Shown here: positions 20,391 through 31,728 of the stretch, one piece after another | Numbering within the stretch: position 1 is the stretch's first letter | How the letters are laid out: the number at the start of each line of letters is the position of its first letter | Assembly: GCF_001194135.2 (NCBI RefSeq) | Contig: NC_068996.1 | Location: 16,919,127 to 16,952,257 of the forward strand | DNA from: Octopus bimaculoides | Lineage: Eukaryota | DNA: 33,131 nt | Direction of reading: 5' to 3' | Program-made: the position numbers and the translations under genes | The notes under the pieces: model-generated | Database searches by the model: none | What the model was told of the DNA's origin: nothing | What the model saw: the letters and a program-made list of their open reading frames with translations, nothing else

Positions 20391-21378
20391 TTCTCAGACC
20401 ACAACATGGTAGAACTGATAGTGTATGGTCCAAAACCAATTAATGCCGTATTCCACACAGATGGCACCCACACTCTGTCTAGTCTGAACTTCTACAACAC
20501 TGACTGAAAGTCAACTGTAAAATGGATTCTCCAGCAAAATTAGCCTAAAAGTCTCTCTAAGCAAGACATTGACATGAAGCTTAAGGAATTCATGTCAATA
20601 ATGTGAGCCATATGCATTAAAATTGCCCCAAAGAAGAGAGCAGCCATATACGAAAATATCATTCCTTGAGACAGAAGAGTCCTTATGAGATAGAGAATAA
20701 AGATTTCCAATCACTTAAATAAACAACTTATTGACAGCGAGAAAGCTCTGCTAGAAGAGAAACTTTTAGAGATAGAAAATAAACTCAGACTCTCCTATGA
20801 TAAGGAATGGGTAGAAAGAGAAACCAGGGTGGTGGAAAGTATACAAATAAATCCCAAAGCCTTGTACAAGTTCGTGAAAGAGTCTGCCTCAGTACACTAC
20901 AAAATACAGCCACTGTTTGAAGAAGATGGCTCGCTAACTGCCGACCCCAACAGGATGAGTGAAATACTAGATAAGAAATTCCAGAGTGTCTTCACCTCTC
21001 TACTGAGAAACTGGTAAAAAGGCAAGTCTAAAAAGTTCCTCAACACTGCAGTCATACATAGGAAAAAGGCAACAATTGATTACATCGATATAAAAGAGGA
21101 AGATGTAACAATGGCCATTGATGAGATGAGCTCAAACTCAGCAACAAGCCCAGATGGATTTCTTTCTGTTCTCCTAAAAGCATGTAAGAAAGCTCTCACA
21201 AAACCACTGCAGATTCTTTTTGGGAGTTTTCTTGCATGTGAAAAGCTTCCCAAACTGTTAAAAGGGGGAAGCAGAGAAGATGCTAAATATTACAGGCCTC
21301 TCTCTCACCACCCATGTTAACAAAGCTATGGAATGCATTGTCAGGAGGAAATTGACAGCATACCTTGTAGTTCATAAT
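20385..21378 (+). mobile_element. CR1-type LINE ORF2 remnant (end of APE endonuclease, linker, start of RT)
   Basis: FSDHNMVEL (APE SDH motif), LNFYNTD*, NPKALYKFVK...EILDKKFQSVFT, SATSPDGF..LLK.CK..L.KPLQILF, KGGSREDAKYYRP. Multiple stops and frameshifts. Confidence 0.85.
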
Positions 21379-21400
21379 CCATTAATGGACTGAACTACTA

Positions 21401-21548
21401 TAGGTGCAGCTTACCAACCACATGGTTCTGGGTTCAGTCCCACTGCATGGCACCTAAGGCAAGTGTCTTCTACTATAGCTTTGGGTTGACCAAAGCCTTG
21501 TGGTTAGTGGATTTGGTAGAGGGAAACTGAAAGAAGCCTGTTGTGTAT
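21401..21548 (+). mobile_element. Family B SINE, 5' half
   Basis: Head with a deletion and CORE region; stops at the internal microsatellite. Confidence 0.8.
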
Positions 21549-21877
21549 GTGGCTGTGTGGTAAGTAGCTTGCTTACCAACCACATGGTTCCGGGTTCAGT
21601 CCCACTGCGTGGCACCTTGGACAAGTGTCTTCTACTATAGCCTCAGGCTGACCAAAGCCTTGTGAGTGGATTTGGTAGATGGAAACTGAAGAAGCCCGTC
21701 GTATATATGTATATATATATGTATGTGTGTTTGTGTGTCTGTGTTTGTCCCCCCACCATCGCTTGAAAACCAATGCTGGTGTGTTTACGTCCCCGTAACT
21801 TAGCGGTTCGGCAAAAAGAGACCGTTAGAATAAATACTAGGCTTACAAAGAATAAGTTCTGGGGTCGATTTGCTCGA
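21549..21877 (+). mobile_element. Family B SINE, young, running into gap 21878-22235
   Basis: GTGGCTGTGTGGTAAGTAGC...GGGGTCGATTTGCTCGA, highly similar to the 6772 and 24416 copies. Confidence 0.9.
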
Positions 21878-22235
21878 NNNNNNNNNNNNNNNNNNNNNNN
21901 NNNNNNNNNNNNNNNNNNNNNNNNNNNNNNNNNNNNNNNNNNNNNNNNNNNNNNNNNNNNNNNNNNNNNNNNNNNNNNNNNNNNNNNNNNNNNNNNNNNN
22001 NNNNNNNNNNNNNNNNNNNNNNNNNNNNNNNNNNNNNNNNNNNNNNNNNNNNNNNNNNNNNNNNNNNNNNNNNNNNNNNNNNNNNNNNNNNNNNNNNNNN
22101 NNNNNNNNNNNNNNNNNNNNNNNNNNNNNNNNNNNNNNNNNNNNNNNNNNNNNNNNNNNNNNNNNNNNNNNNNNNNNNNNNNNNNNNNNNNNNNNNNNNN
22201 NNNNNNNNNNNNNNNNNNNNNNNNNNNNNNNNNNN

Positions 22236-22392
22236 ATGTTGTGTCTACTAAGACCTAACAGTTCTCAAAACGAAATTCAGCGAAATACCATGTAATTTTC
22301 ACTGTCTTGCTCACATACATTTTGGTATTTCGGTATTTGGTATTTTGCTGAATTTCGTTTTGAGAACCATTAGGTCTTAGTAGACACAACAT
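22236..22392. repeat. 55-bp inverted repeat with 47-bp loop (MITE-like hairpin); left end lost in the gap
   Basis: 22236-22290 versus 22338-22392, 3 mismatches. Confidence 0.9.
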
Positions 22393-22436
22393 GTGGTCTA
22401 TTTCTAGCACATTAAATGTCCACTTTAGTGGTCATC

Positions 22437-22470
<34 letters not shown>

Positions 22471-22471
<1 letters not shown>

Positions 22472-22510
22472 TAGCTGTTGAATAGTTGAATATGGCATTG
22501 CTCATGTTTT
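22471..22510 (-). mobile_element. Decayed Helitron 3' terminus abutting (TA)n
   Basis: Minus strand reads GAGCAATGCC...CAGCTAG|T, similar to the other two Helitron ends. Full extent unknown. Confidence 0.45.
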
Positions 22511-23354
22511 CTGTGCTGAAGTTAAGCCCACCTCTGACCTTGTATTGAAATCTTCTGTCTTCCTCGTGCCAACTATTATCCATTAAGATGTTATATCTGG
22601 TCCGGCAGATACCTGGTTAATGCTTTCGACATACTCCTACATACTGGACCATCTGAAATCGCAGTCAAACGTTTGGGTGTACCTAAGACCCATTGAGAGT
22701 GATATTTGTTTATCTCTTTCCCCTTAATGCCACCCTCTGTACAAAATTGCTCAGCATGTCCAATCTCAGCAAAATCCGAAGAAAAGTGTTAAGGTCATGT
22801 CATAAAATAGAATCCATGTGACTATTTACATGAAAATATAAATGTTATGACCAAAAATGGGTATTTGCATCAGAGAAAAAGGCAAAAGCTGCAGGGAAAA
22901 TAACATCGTTATGGGAATTTCCATTCAAATGCCCAATTGAGCTCACAAAAATCGATGCTATTTTTGCAGGTTCCAATACAAACTCCAGGTAGAGTTAAGT
23001 GTCATAAGTTTTGTATTTTGGTTCATACTATGTTTTTCTTTTTCATATTTAGTGACCCAGTTAATATTGGTACCGTTTTCTTCATGCCCCACATATAGCT
23101 TATTAACAATATACTAATCTAGAATGTAAAATAGCTCTGAATATCCACAATAAAAAAACAAAAGAGCCAAAAAAAAAAACCTACTCCTCCCATCATATTT
23201 TAACCTTTCAGTACTTTTGCAAAGAATGGTCACTCTGTTGTTTCCTAGAATCCCCTTCAGACAAAAGGGTTTTTTAGTCCTGCATGTTACAAGGCAATTC
23301 TACAAAGTGTTGGTACCATCGGAAAAGCAAATAATACAATCTGTAAATATTGAA

Positions 23355-23500
23355 CATCTGGAAGGACATCAAGCTAAAAAAAATTATGCCCAGATTAAGA
23401 CACAGAAGCAAAGCATAGTCCTTAGATGTATTGGTTCTTGTCTACCTGACCAATTTATGTCAATATGAAAATCAGATGCAAAAACGATGATAATGATGAC
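23355..23500 (+). mobile_element. Very old family C-like tail
   Basis: GGAAGGACATCAAGCTAAAAA..ATGCC...AAACGATGATAATGATGAC. Confidence 0.4.
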
Positions 23501-24169
23501 AATGGTGGTTGTGGTGGTGGAATCTGCTTGCTGTTACTCGAATTGTTACGAATAGCAGTAAATCTCCCTCAAATAACATTGTGTAAGCTAATAAAAAGAA
23601 ATATACACTAAATAATGTAATTCTGGATATATTATATCAGAGAAAAAAAAAGAATATCAGATGGTTGAACCTGGAATATCTACTCTGTTGTATCACATTT
23701 GAAATGGAAACATAGAAACAATTGTCACAAATACTACTTGCTACGCTGTACACTAGACAATGTAGTCCTAGCTATACTAAGTCTGGATGAAATACAAGTT
23801 AGTTAGAGATGGGACACTTTTAGTCATAGGTCACCTGGGTTAAGATTGGTCTTGAGCTAAGCAATTACAACTACAATCACTAACATTAACTACATAATAC
23901 TATACATTAGACAATGTATTCTAGTTAGAACATCTGAATAAAAGAGGAGATGGTCATAGCTGGAATATCTTTGATCTGTTGAATCAAGAGCAACAAATAG
24001 GTTAATTCAAATTACTATTCAGGTGTGGACTTCATAAATCTTGATCAAAATGTGTCAACAGAAATTTCATACTTCTATACTCCATTTCCCTTTAGTTGTT
24101 TAATCTCTCACCCACCCTCAGATGTATTATAGTAACTATAATTTGTGAGATGATTCTTCATCATTTAAT

Positions 24170-24340
24170 GTTTGTTTTTCATTATGGTATAAGTTGGATG
24201 GTTTCACAGGAGCTGGCAAGGCCAGGAGCCACACCATGTTCCATAGTCTGTGTTTCTACAGCTGGTTGCCCTTCCTAACGTCAGTCACTTTACAGAGTGT
24301 ATTGAGTGCTTTTTACGTGGCACCATCATCAGTGTTTCTT
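24170..24340 (-). mobile_element. Diverged family C-like copy
   Basis: TTTCTACAGCTGGTTGCCCTTCCTAACG.CA..CACTTTACAGAGTGTA.TG.GTGCTTTTTACGTGGCACC. Confidence 0.65.
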
Positions 24341-24415
24341 TACATGATACCTATTTCTCAAACAAACATCAATACTAAAAATTAAAAAAACATTTTAAAA
24401 CATTGTTTTAAAACA

Positions 24416-24838
24416 TAGGCACAAGAGTGGCTGTGTGGTAAGTAGATTGCTTACCAACCACATGGTTCTGAGTTCAGTCCCACTGCGTGGCACCTTGGGA
24501 AAGTGTCTTCTAATATAGCCTCGGGCCGACCAAAGCCTTGTCAGTGGATTTAGTACACGGAAACTGAAAGAAGCCCGTCGTATATATGTATATGTATATG
24601 TATATGTATGTGTGTGTATATGTTTATGTGTCTGTGTTTGTCCCCCCAACATCACTTGACAACCGATGGTGGTGTGTTTACGTCCCCATAACTTAGAAGT
24701 TCAGCAAAAGAGACCGATAGAATAAGTACTAGGTATCCAAAGAATAAGTCCTGGAGTTGATTTGCTCGACTAAAGGCGGTGCTCCAGCATGGCCACAGTC
24801 GAATGACTGAAACAAGTAAAAGAGTAAAGAGTAAAAAA
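24416..24838 (+). mobile_element. Family B SINE, complete and ungapped (about 420 bp)
   Basis: Head, CORE-like region, internal (TA/TG)n and (GAGTAAA)n tail are all present. Confidence 0.92.
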
Positions 24839-25188
24839 GTATAGTTATTAAATTCCAGCTCTCTCTCTTTCGTTTTTGACATATTCAACAAGACTGGGTT
24901 TGCTGGAAAAAAAAAAGATGCAAACAAGAAAAATTTATATCTAATTATTCAAGGAGATATTAACTGATAATTGTTTTGATTTATCTCACTAGCACAATAG
25001 TGCCAGAAAACCTGTGAATGCAGTCGTGTTTCTTGCATATATGCAGAGCATGCAACACATGGATAAGATAAGATTTACTACATGTAGAAATGACTTTAAT
25101 AGACATTTTGTATATTTATGAGCAACAACTGGAAAGAAGATAGTCACATGCTATTGATTCTGCTCCAGTTAGATGGCTTTGATTTTAA

Positions 25189-26293
25189 AGTTGGCATGTG
25201 ATGGCTCAAGTACTAGGGACCACCCCAGGACAAACATCATGGATACAAACACTTCTTGTAGACCAGACCATTAAAAGAAAAAAAAAATCAAACTAAAAGA
25301 AAGACATTTATTACAGAAAATTTTACTCTACATAAATAAATGTTATCAATTCTTAAAAAAAAAAAAAAAAAAAAGCTTTTCTGAAATAAAGGAGTTATGT
25401 AACAACAGTGATTGGTTGGTTAGTAACTTAGCAACAATCAGTTTAGTCTTAAATCAGAATGTAAGAAAGTAAAATGTTGAAAACAGCAAGTTAAAGTAAA
25501 GCAGAAGACATATAGTTTGATTAAAGAGAAACAGATGCCTTGAGATAATGGGAGGAGAGGATGGGGACACAGAAGCAAAAGGTAAAATAGAAAGGTGGAT
25601 GAGCTGGAAGGCAAGTGAACAAAATAAAATAAATGAATATGAGATGATAAATTGGCAGATTTAATTAAGTAGTAAAGCTTATCTATTGTTGTTTATGACT
25701 TTTTTTAATGGACTTTATCCATGTCATTTATCACCTTTTTCTCAACAACACAAAGGTGCATGGCTTTGTGGTTAGGGTACTGCATTCATGATTGTAAGAT
25801 CATTTTTAATTACCAGATTGGATATCTTGAGCAAAACACTTCATTCCACAATGCCCCCAATGCATTTAGCTGTAAATAAGTACCAACAATAGCTTGGAAG
25901 TTAACTTTACGATAGACTAGCATCCTATCCAGTCTATTGTGATATCAGTCACTGATATGCCATGAAGACCAGGTTAGAGGCCAGTGTGTCTAAATTATAT
26001 TTCAATATTTGTTTCCTCTCTTTAAGTCTCCCTACCTTCAACTTTCTACCAACTGATTGTTGCTAAGTTACTAACCAATCACTGTTATTATGTAGTTCAA
26101 TTATTTCACAATTAAAAAAAAAAAAAATTGATAACATTTATTTATGTAGAGAAAGATCTTCTTTAATAAATGTCTTTCATTTTGTTTGGATCTTTTTGTT
26201 TTATTTTAATGGTTTGGTCTGCAAGAAGTGATTGCATCCATGATATTTGCCCTGGGATGGTCCCTAGTAGTTGAGCCCATCACATGCTAACCT
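25189..26293. repeat. About 250-bp inverted repeat pair enclosing about 600 bp (long-TIR element or two opposed copies)
   Basis: 25189-25443 versus the reverse complement of 26051-26293; both share ACTAGGGACCA.CCCAGG.CAAA.ATCATGGAT and GGTTAGTAACTTAGCAACAATCAGTT. Confidence 0.85.
25755..25985 (+). mobile_element. Family D tRNA-derived SINE, diverged
   Basis: GGTGCATGGCTTTGTGGTTAGGG...TTGAGCAAAACACTT...GCTGTAAATAAGTACC...GATAGACTAGCATCCTATCCAG. Confidence 0.6.
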
Positions 26294-26607
26294 TAGATAT
26301 GCAATACACACATGCAAAAGTATTGTGTGGCCTAGTGATTAAGGTGTTGAGTTCAAAATCATAAGGTCATAAGTTTAGTTCCCAAAACCAGTTCACACAA
26401 TGCATTCTTGAATAAAAGTGCATGTCTCGTAGTTAGAATGTTGGGCTCACTATCATGATGTCATAGGTTCATTACCTGAATAAGAAAGTGAGTTGTAAAT
26501 TTCAGCATGTTACTTTTTTTCACATTGGTCCAGTCTACACTACTGTAATTGGATAGCAGCCAACGATTAGTGCAGCCTTCTATCTCCTCCAGCTGTGATA
26601 TTCTTAA

Positions 26608-27088
26608 CCCTTAAGCATTCAGATTAATTACTCTGTCAAATGTAATGTTAATTTACTATCTAATTTATTACCGAAGGTATTGTTTACAGTAGAGTTTGTT
26701 TGTTTGTCCATAGACAAGATATCTCAAGAACTGCTGGATAGATTTGGATGAAACTTTCAGAGATGTTTGACTTTGTGACTGGCACGAACTGATTAGATTT
26801 TGGGATCAATACAAAAGGATTCTAGATTATTTTTCCTGTTTTTTTTACTTAATTTTTGAGAGGATGTTGGTGTTGCTTTGGTGGAGGTTTGCGCTCTCTG
26901 AATGCTCCTGTTTACATTGTTTTTAATTAATCATGCATGATCATGTAGCTTCAAGATTTTGATGATATGATTCTTTATTTTTTAAGAATAACATTGTGGG
27001 GAAAGTGTGAAAGGCAAGATCTAGCTAGTTTGAACATAAAACAGATTGAATACTTGGGCCTGATATGGTCGGTTTGAATGCTAAAGGG
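26608..27088. mobile_element. piggyBac-type MITE with TTAA TSDs
   Basis: TTAA|CCCTTAAGCATTCAGA ... TTTGAATGCTAAAGGG|TTAA, with TTAA at 26604-26607 and 27089-27092. Confidence 0.85.
26664..26913 (+). mobile_element. Helentron-associated (DINE/HINE-like) non-autonomous element nested in the MITE
   Basis: TTATTACC...(GTTT)n..GGATAGATTTGGATGAAACTTT...TTTGGTGGAGGTTTGCGCTCTCTGAATGCT matches the recalled HINE layout: short microsatellite, subterminal repeat and 3' stem. Confidence 0.6.
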
Positions 27089-27219
27089 TTAATGCTTCAA
27101 TGGATCAAGGATCTGAGGGTCAAGACGGCATTTATGTCTGTTTGTGACTAGATAGCCCCCCCCCCCACAAGCAATTACGAAGGGCATGACACTGGCAACA
27201 GAAAAGAGGCATCTTTAAG

Positions 27220-27492
27220 CCTGGTATTTATTCTATCAGTCTCTTTTGCTGAACTGCTAAATTGATGTAAACAAACCAACACTGGTTGTCAAATAGTAGT
27301 GGAGGACAAACACAAGCACACATGCACACACACACACATGTATTTATATGATGGGCTTTTCACAGTTTCCATCTACCAAATCCACTTTCAATGCTTTGGT
27401 CAGCCCAGGGCTATAGTAGAAGACACTCGCCCAAGATGCCATGAAATGGGAATGAACTTGGAACCTGGTTGTTGGAAAACAAACTTTTTACC
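27220..27492 (-). mobile_element. Diverged family B SINE
   Basis: CAGTTTCCATCTACCAAATCCAC...GGGCTATAGTAGAAGACACT.GCCCAAG.TGCCA. Confidence 0.75.
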
Positions 27493-27764
27493 TAAAAACC
27501 GCACTTGCATTATATTTGTTTTGTTATGTTTTTTTGATTATTTTGAGATGGGGGCAAGTATTTTTTGCATGTTCTAAGACTTGTTCCTTACCAAATCAGG
27601 TAGACAAACAACCTCTACTACCAGGTGAATTCTTTGACCAATGCTATGCACTAGTCAATGAGAAATTTTTCTTGGAAAATAAAAATTCTCAGCTGTCTTT
27701 TAAAAGACCTGCAGTAAATATGTATAAAGAATACTGTTGTATGCAGTATGTATGACTATATATA

Positions 27765-28105
27765 TATACATCTTTATGTAGGTTTCTCTAAATATGTGTA
27801 TGTATAGGTGTGTACATATATATGTTGTATGTGTGTATATATATATATGTATGTGTGTGTGTGTGTCTGTGTGCATACATGTGTGCATATGCACGTGTGT
27901 ATGTATCTGGATGTATGCGTACATGTGTATATATGTGTACATATGTATGCACATGTATGTATGCATGAATGTATGCATGCATACATGGTGCAAGTGCATG
28001 TGTATGCATATATGTATAGATATGTATGTACATATATGCATATGTATATGTGAGTATGCATTTCCTTCTGTATGTATGTTACATATACCAATATATGTGT
28101 TTTTG
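27765..28105. repeat. Degenerate (TG)/(TA)/(TATG) microsatellite block
   Basis: Visible low-complexity tract. Confidence 0.9.
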
Positions 28106-28291
28106 TAGTTCTTTAATTAGTTTCAGCTTAATGACATAATAGAACTATTATAACTTTGGGAATATATTAAATGCTTGAAATACTTGTTCCAGCACTTGGT
28201 GTTCTGGGTTCAAATCTTGTCAAGGTTAAAAGGTTAACTTAACACTTTTTTATATATTCAACAGGTAAAAAAAACAAATAAAAGCATCAGC

Positions 28292-28440
28292 TTAAGGTAG
28301 CTGATAAACAGAACGGTTAAAGCATTGGACAAAAGAATTCAATGGAATTTGCTCTTTGTCATTCTAGGTTCAAACAGTATCAAGACCAACTCTGCTCTTT
28401 ATTCTTCTGAAATTAATAAAATTAATGAACCAATTCCAAG
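28292..28440 (+). mobile_element. Very old family A-like SINE
   Basis: GGTAGCTGATAAACAGAACGGTTAAAGCA.TGGACAAAA...TTCTAGGTTCAAA...CTTTATTCTTCTGAAATTAATAAAATTAA. Confidence 0.4.
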
Positions 28441-28557
28441 ATGGTGAATTAGTGAATTAGTTCTTGCATTGGACAAAATATTTGTGGTATTTGTTCCATC
28501 TCCATGTGCTTTGAGTACTCTGTCTCTCTCTCTCTCTCACACACATACACACACACA

Positions 28558-28589
<32 letters not shown>

Positions 28590-28669
28590 TACACACACAC
28601 ACACTCTCTCTCTCTCTCTCTCTCACACACATACACACACTCATGTACAACAATATCCTTTTATCATAT

Positions 28670-28750
28670 TACTTGTTTCAGTCATTGGACTGTGGCCATG
28701 CTGGGGTACCACTTTGAATGGTTTTGTTGAACAAATTGACACTTGGATTT
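28670..28750 (-). mobile_element. Family B / CR1-type 3' tail fragment
   Basis: TACTTGTTTCAGTCATTGGACTGTGGCCATGCTGGGGTACC. Confidence 0.65.
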
Positions 28751-28757
28751 ATTTTAA

Positions 28758-28830
28758 CTCTTTAGCATTCAGATTACTCAATCAAATGTAACCCTTATCT
28801 ACTGAGATTATTTTGAATTAATCAGGCATT
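28758..28830. mobile_element. Truncated left end of the same piggyBac-type MITE
   Basis: TTAA|CTCTTTAGCATTCAGATTACTC..TCAAATGTAA matches the 26608 end. No right TIR found. Confidence 0.6.
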
Positions 28831-29407
28831 ATCTTAAGACATCAATGCTGGAGCTGAATTAACCAAGCAGTACAGCTCATTTCATGTCTGTTGTCAATGG
28901 AAGGGATTAATTTATTAATCAAGACAGTTTCTTTAATCCTTGGCTTTCATAGAACCATGATATGCATATTATGACAGCTTCCTAGATGTTTTGTTTTATG
29001 GAGGAAGCATTTAAATAAATATGCTCTTTAACTGTTTTGATACCAATCTAAGTGAGACTGTCCTTGCTCTCATACTAACTTCCTTTCTTACAATTATCTA
29101 AATTATAAACCTTCAGTTCAAATTTTTGGCTAATTTATGTTGCCAACACCAGTTTCAGTCAGCCAGTTATTCTACTAAATTCATTATTTTTCAAAATAAA
29201 TTGAACCAAAGGTAGTGTATTTTGATAGAAATACAGCAGCAGACAAGTTAAAGTAGATGTGTAGTTTATAAATGGTACTACCAGTATAAGATCTTCCCAA
29301 CATATTGATTTCAAATTTTGGCACAAGACTAGCAAGTTCAAGAGAGGGGGCTTGTCAATTACATCAACCTTAGTATTCAACTGGTACATACTGGTAGGTG
29401 TGAGGCC

Positions 29408-29706
29408 CATGATCATAGCTAGGGTGAGACAAGCAGGGCACATGCCTTGGGCGTCACTTTGAGGGGAGGGGGGCACAATTTTGGCCAGGATCATTTTCTA
29501 ATTAAGCCATTAAAAAGAAATCTTTTAACCTTTTCAGGCATGGTCTGTTTTGCTTATTGCCAGCCATGACACTAGACAGAATAGGTGCTCTTACTTGATA
29601 TTGATCTGACAAAATGCATGCACTGACCATCCCACCTCCCCACTGACTGGGTGGAGCACAATTTTGATGCTAGCCCTGGGCGCCATTTACCCTAGCTATG
29701 CTCCAG
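29408..29706. mobile_element. hAT-type MITE (about 300 bp)
   Basis: Perfect inverted ATAGCTAGGGT (29415-29425) and ACCCTAGCTAT (29689-29699) within decayed TIRs. The 8-bp flanks GTGAGGCC and GAGAGGCT match at 6/8. Confidence 0.65.
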
Positions 29707-30231
29707 GAGAGGCTAGATTAAATGCTAAAGAGATAAGTCTGAAATTTATTCTATCAGACTCATTTTTCACTGAAAAGCTAAGTCATAGGTCTATAAACAA
29801 CTCTACACGAATTGTTAAGAAAGGAAACACACACAAACACACATACATATGAATTTTGACAAGCTTCTGCACAGTTTTTCTCTCTTGATATTCATCCATA
29901 AAGCATTGGTCAGCCCTGAGTTGTAGCAGAAAACACCCAAACTTCTGCATAGTAGGGCTGAACCCCCAAAACTGTGGATGCAAAACAAATTCTTAATCAC
30001 ACAGCCATGCCTGCATCTATACACAACTATGCTTGTACCTATTTGTACATAACATACATACAACACAACCATGCAACCATCCACCCATTCATACACACAT
30101 ATATAAAAACAGCCATACCAACAATCCAACATACCTCCATCATCGGCTGCCCCATGTATATTATTATGGTTTTTCACAAGCTTGCCCACCCATACATAAC
30201 TGTGTTTGCTCCCCACACACATATATATACT

Positions 30232-30467
30232 TGCAAGGTGGTGAGCTGGCAGAAACGTTAGCACGCCGGGCGAAATGCTTAGTGGTATTTCGTCTGCCGC
30301 TACGTTCTGAGGTCAAATTCCGCCGAGGTCGACTTTGCCTTTCATCCTTTCGGGGTCGATTAAATAAGTACCAGTTATGCACTGGGGTGGATATAATCGA
30401 CTTAATCCGTTTGTCTGTCCTTGTTTGTCCCCTCTGTGTGTAGCCCCTTGTGGGTAGTAAAGAAATA
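30232..30467 (+). mobile_element. Family A SINE with 17-bp TSD
   Basis: ACACACATATATATACT at 30215-30231 and 30468-30484 flanks a full monomer. Confidence 0.93.
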
Positions 30468-31637
30468 ACACACATATATATACTCACACACACTATCCTC
30501 ACATACACACATGCACTTGTATGCTCCAGTCTAGCCGGGTCCCTGCTATCTCCCTTTCCATTGGCCTCCTCCTTCTGGTCATTTCAACATGTGGAAACAT
30601 TAATCCCAACATGGTTTTTTTTTTTTTTTTCTCTCTCCTCATTTTTTTACCACTCATCCTTTTCTGCCCAAAATGTCAATAACATTTTCATCTTTTCTGA
30701 GTGACAAACTAATACACCTACTTGTTTTTCCTTCACTTATCTCAGTCATTTGTTTTCTGGACATTTGAACCATATGTATGTGCATGTATGTATGTATATA
30801 TATATACATATATATACATTTATTTATTTCACTTTCCTTTTACTCAGTCATTAGCCACTGCCTCAACAAATTTAAGTTTTAAAAAATCAACCACAATACT
30901 TATTTTTTAAAGCCCGATACAGTTTCTTTTGTTGAACTACTAAGTTCCAGGGACATAANNNNNNNNNNNNNNNNNNNNNNNNNNNNNNNNNNNNNNNNNN
31001 NNNNNNNNNNNNNNNNNNNNNNNNNNNNNNNNNNNNNNNNNNNNNNNNNNNNNNNNNNNNNNNNNNNNNNNNNNNNNNNNNNNNNNNNNNNNNNNNNNNN
31101 NNNNNNNNNNNNNNNNNNNNNNNNNNNNNNNNNNNNNNNNNNNNNNNNNNNNNNNNNNNNNNNNNNNNNNNNNNNNNNNNNNNNNNNNNNNNNNNNNNNN
31201 NNNNNNNNNNNNNNNNNNNNNNNNNNNNNNNNNNNNNNNNNNNNNNNNNNNNNNNNNNNNNNNNNNNNNNNNNNNNNNNNNNNNNNNNNNNNNNNNNNNN
31301 NNNNNNNNNNNNNNNNNNNNNNNNNNNNNNNNNNNNNNNNNNNNNNNNNNNNNNNNNNNNNNNNNNNNNNNNNNNNNNNNNNNNNNNNNNNNNNNNNNNN
31401 NNNNNNNNNNNNNNNNNNNNNNNNNNNNNNNNNNNNNNNNNNNNNNNNNNNNNNNNNNNNNNNNNNNNNNNNNNNNNNNNNNNNNNNNNNNNNNNNNNNN
31501 NNNNNNNNNNNNNNNNNNNNNNNNNNNNNNNNNNNNNNNNNNNNNNNNNNNNNNNNNNNNNNNNNNNNNNNNNNNNNNNNNNNNNNNNNNNNNNNNNNNN
31601 NNNNNNNNNNNNNNNNNNNNNNNNNNNNNNNNAGAGA

Positions 31638-31728
31638 GAGTAGAAGACATTTGCCCAAGGTGCCACACATTGGGCCTGAACTTAGAACAAGGTGATTAGG
31701 AAGCAAATTTCTTAAAAACACGGCCACG
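31638..31728 (-). mobile_element. Family B SINE 5' part, emerging from gap 30959-31632
   Basis: AGTAGAAGACATTTGCCCAAGGTGCCAC.CA.TGGG.CTGAAC. Confidence 0.7.

Noticed and set aside
22480-22800. Minus-strand open stretch next to the Helitron-like end (HFSSDFAEIG...)
   Set aside because: No helicase or other recognisable motif, so it is not called as coding.
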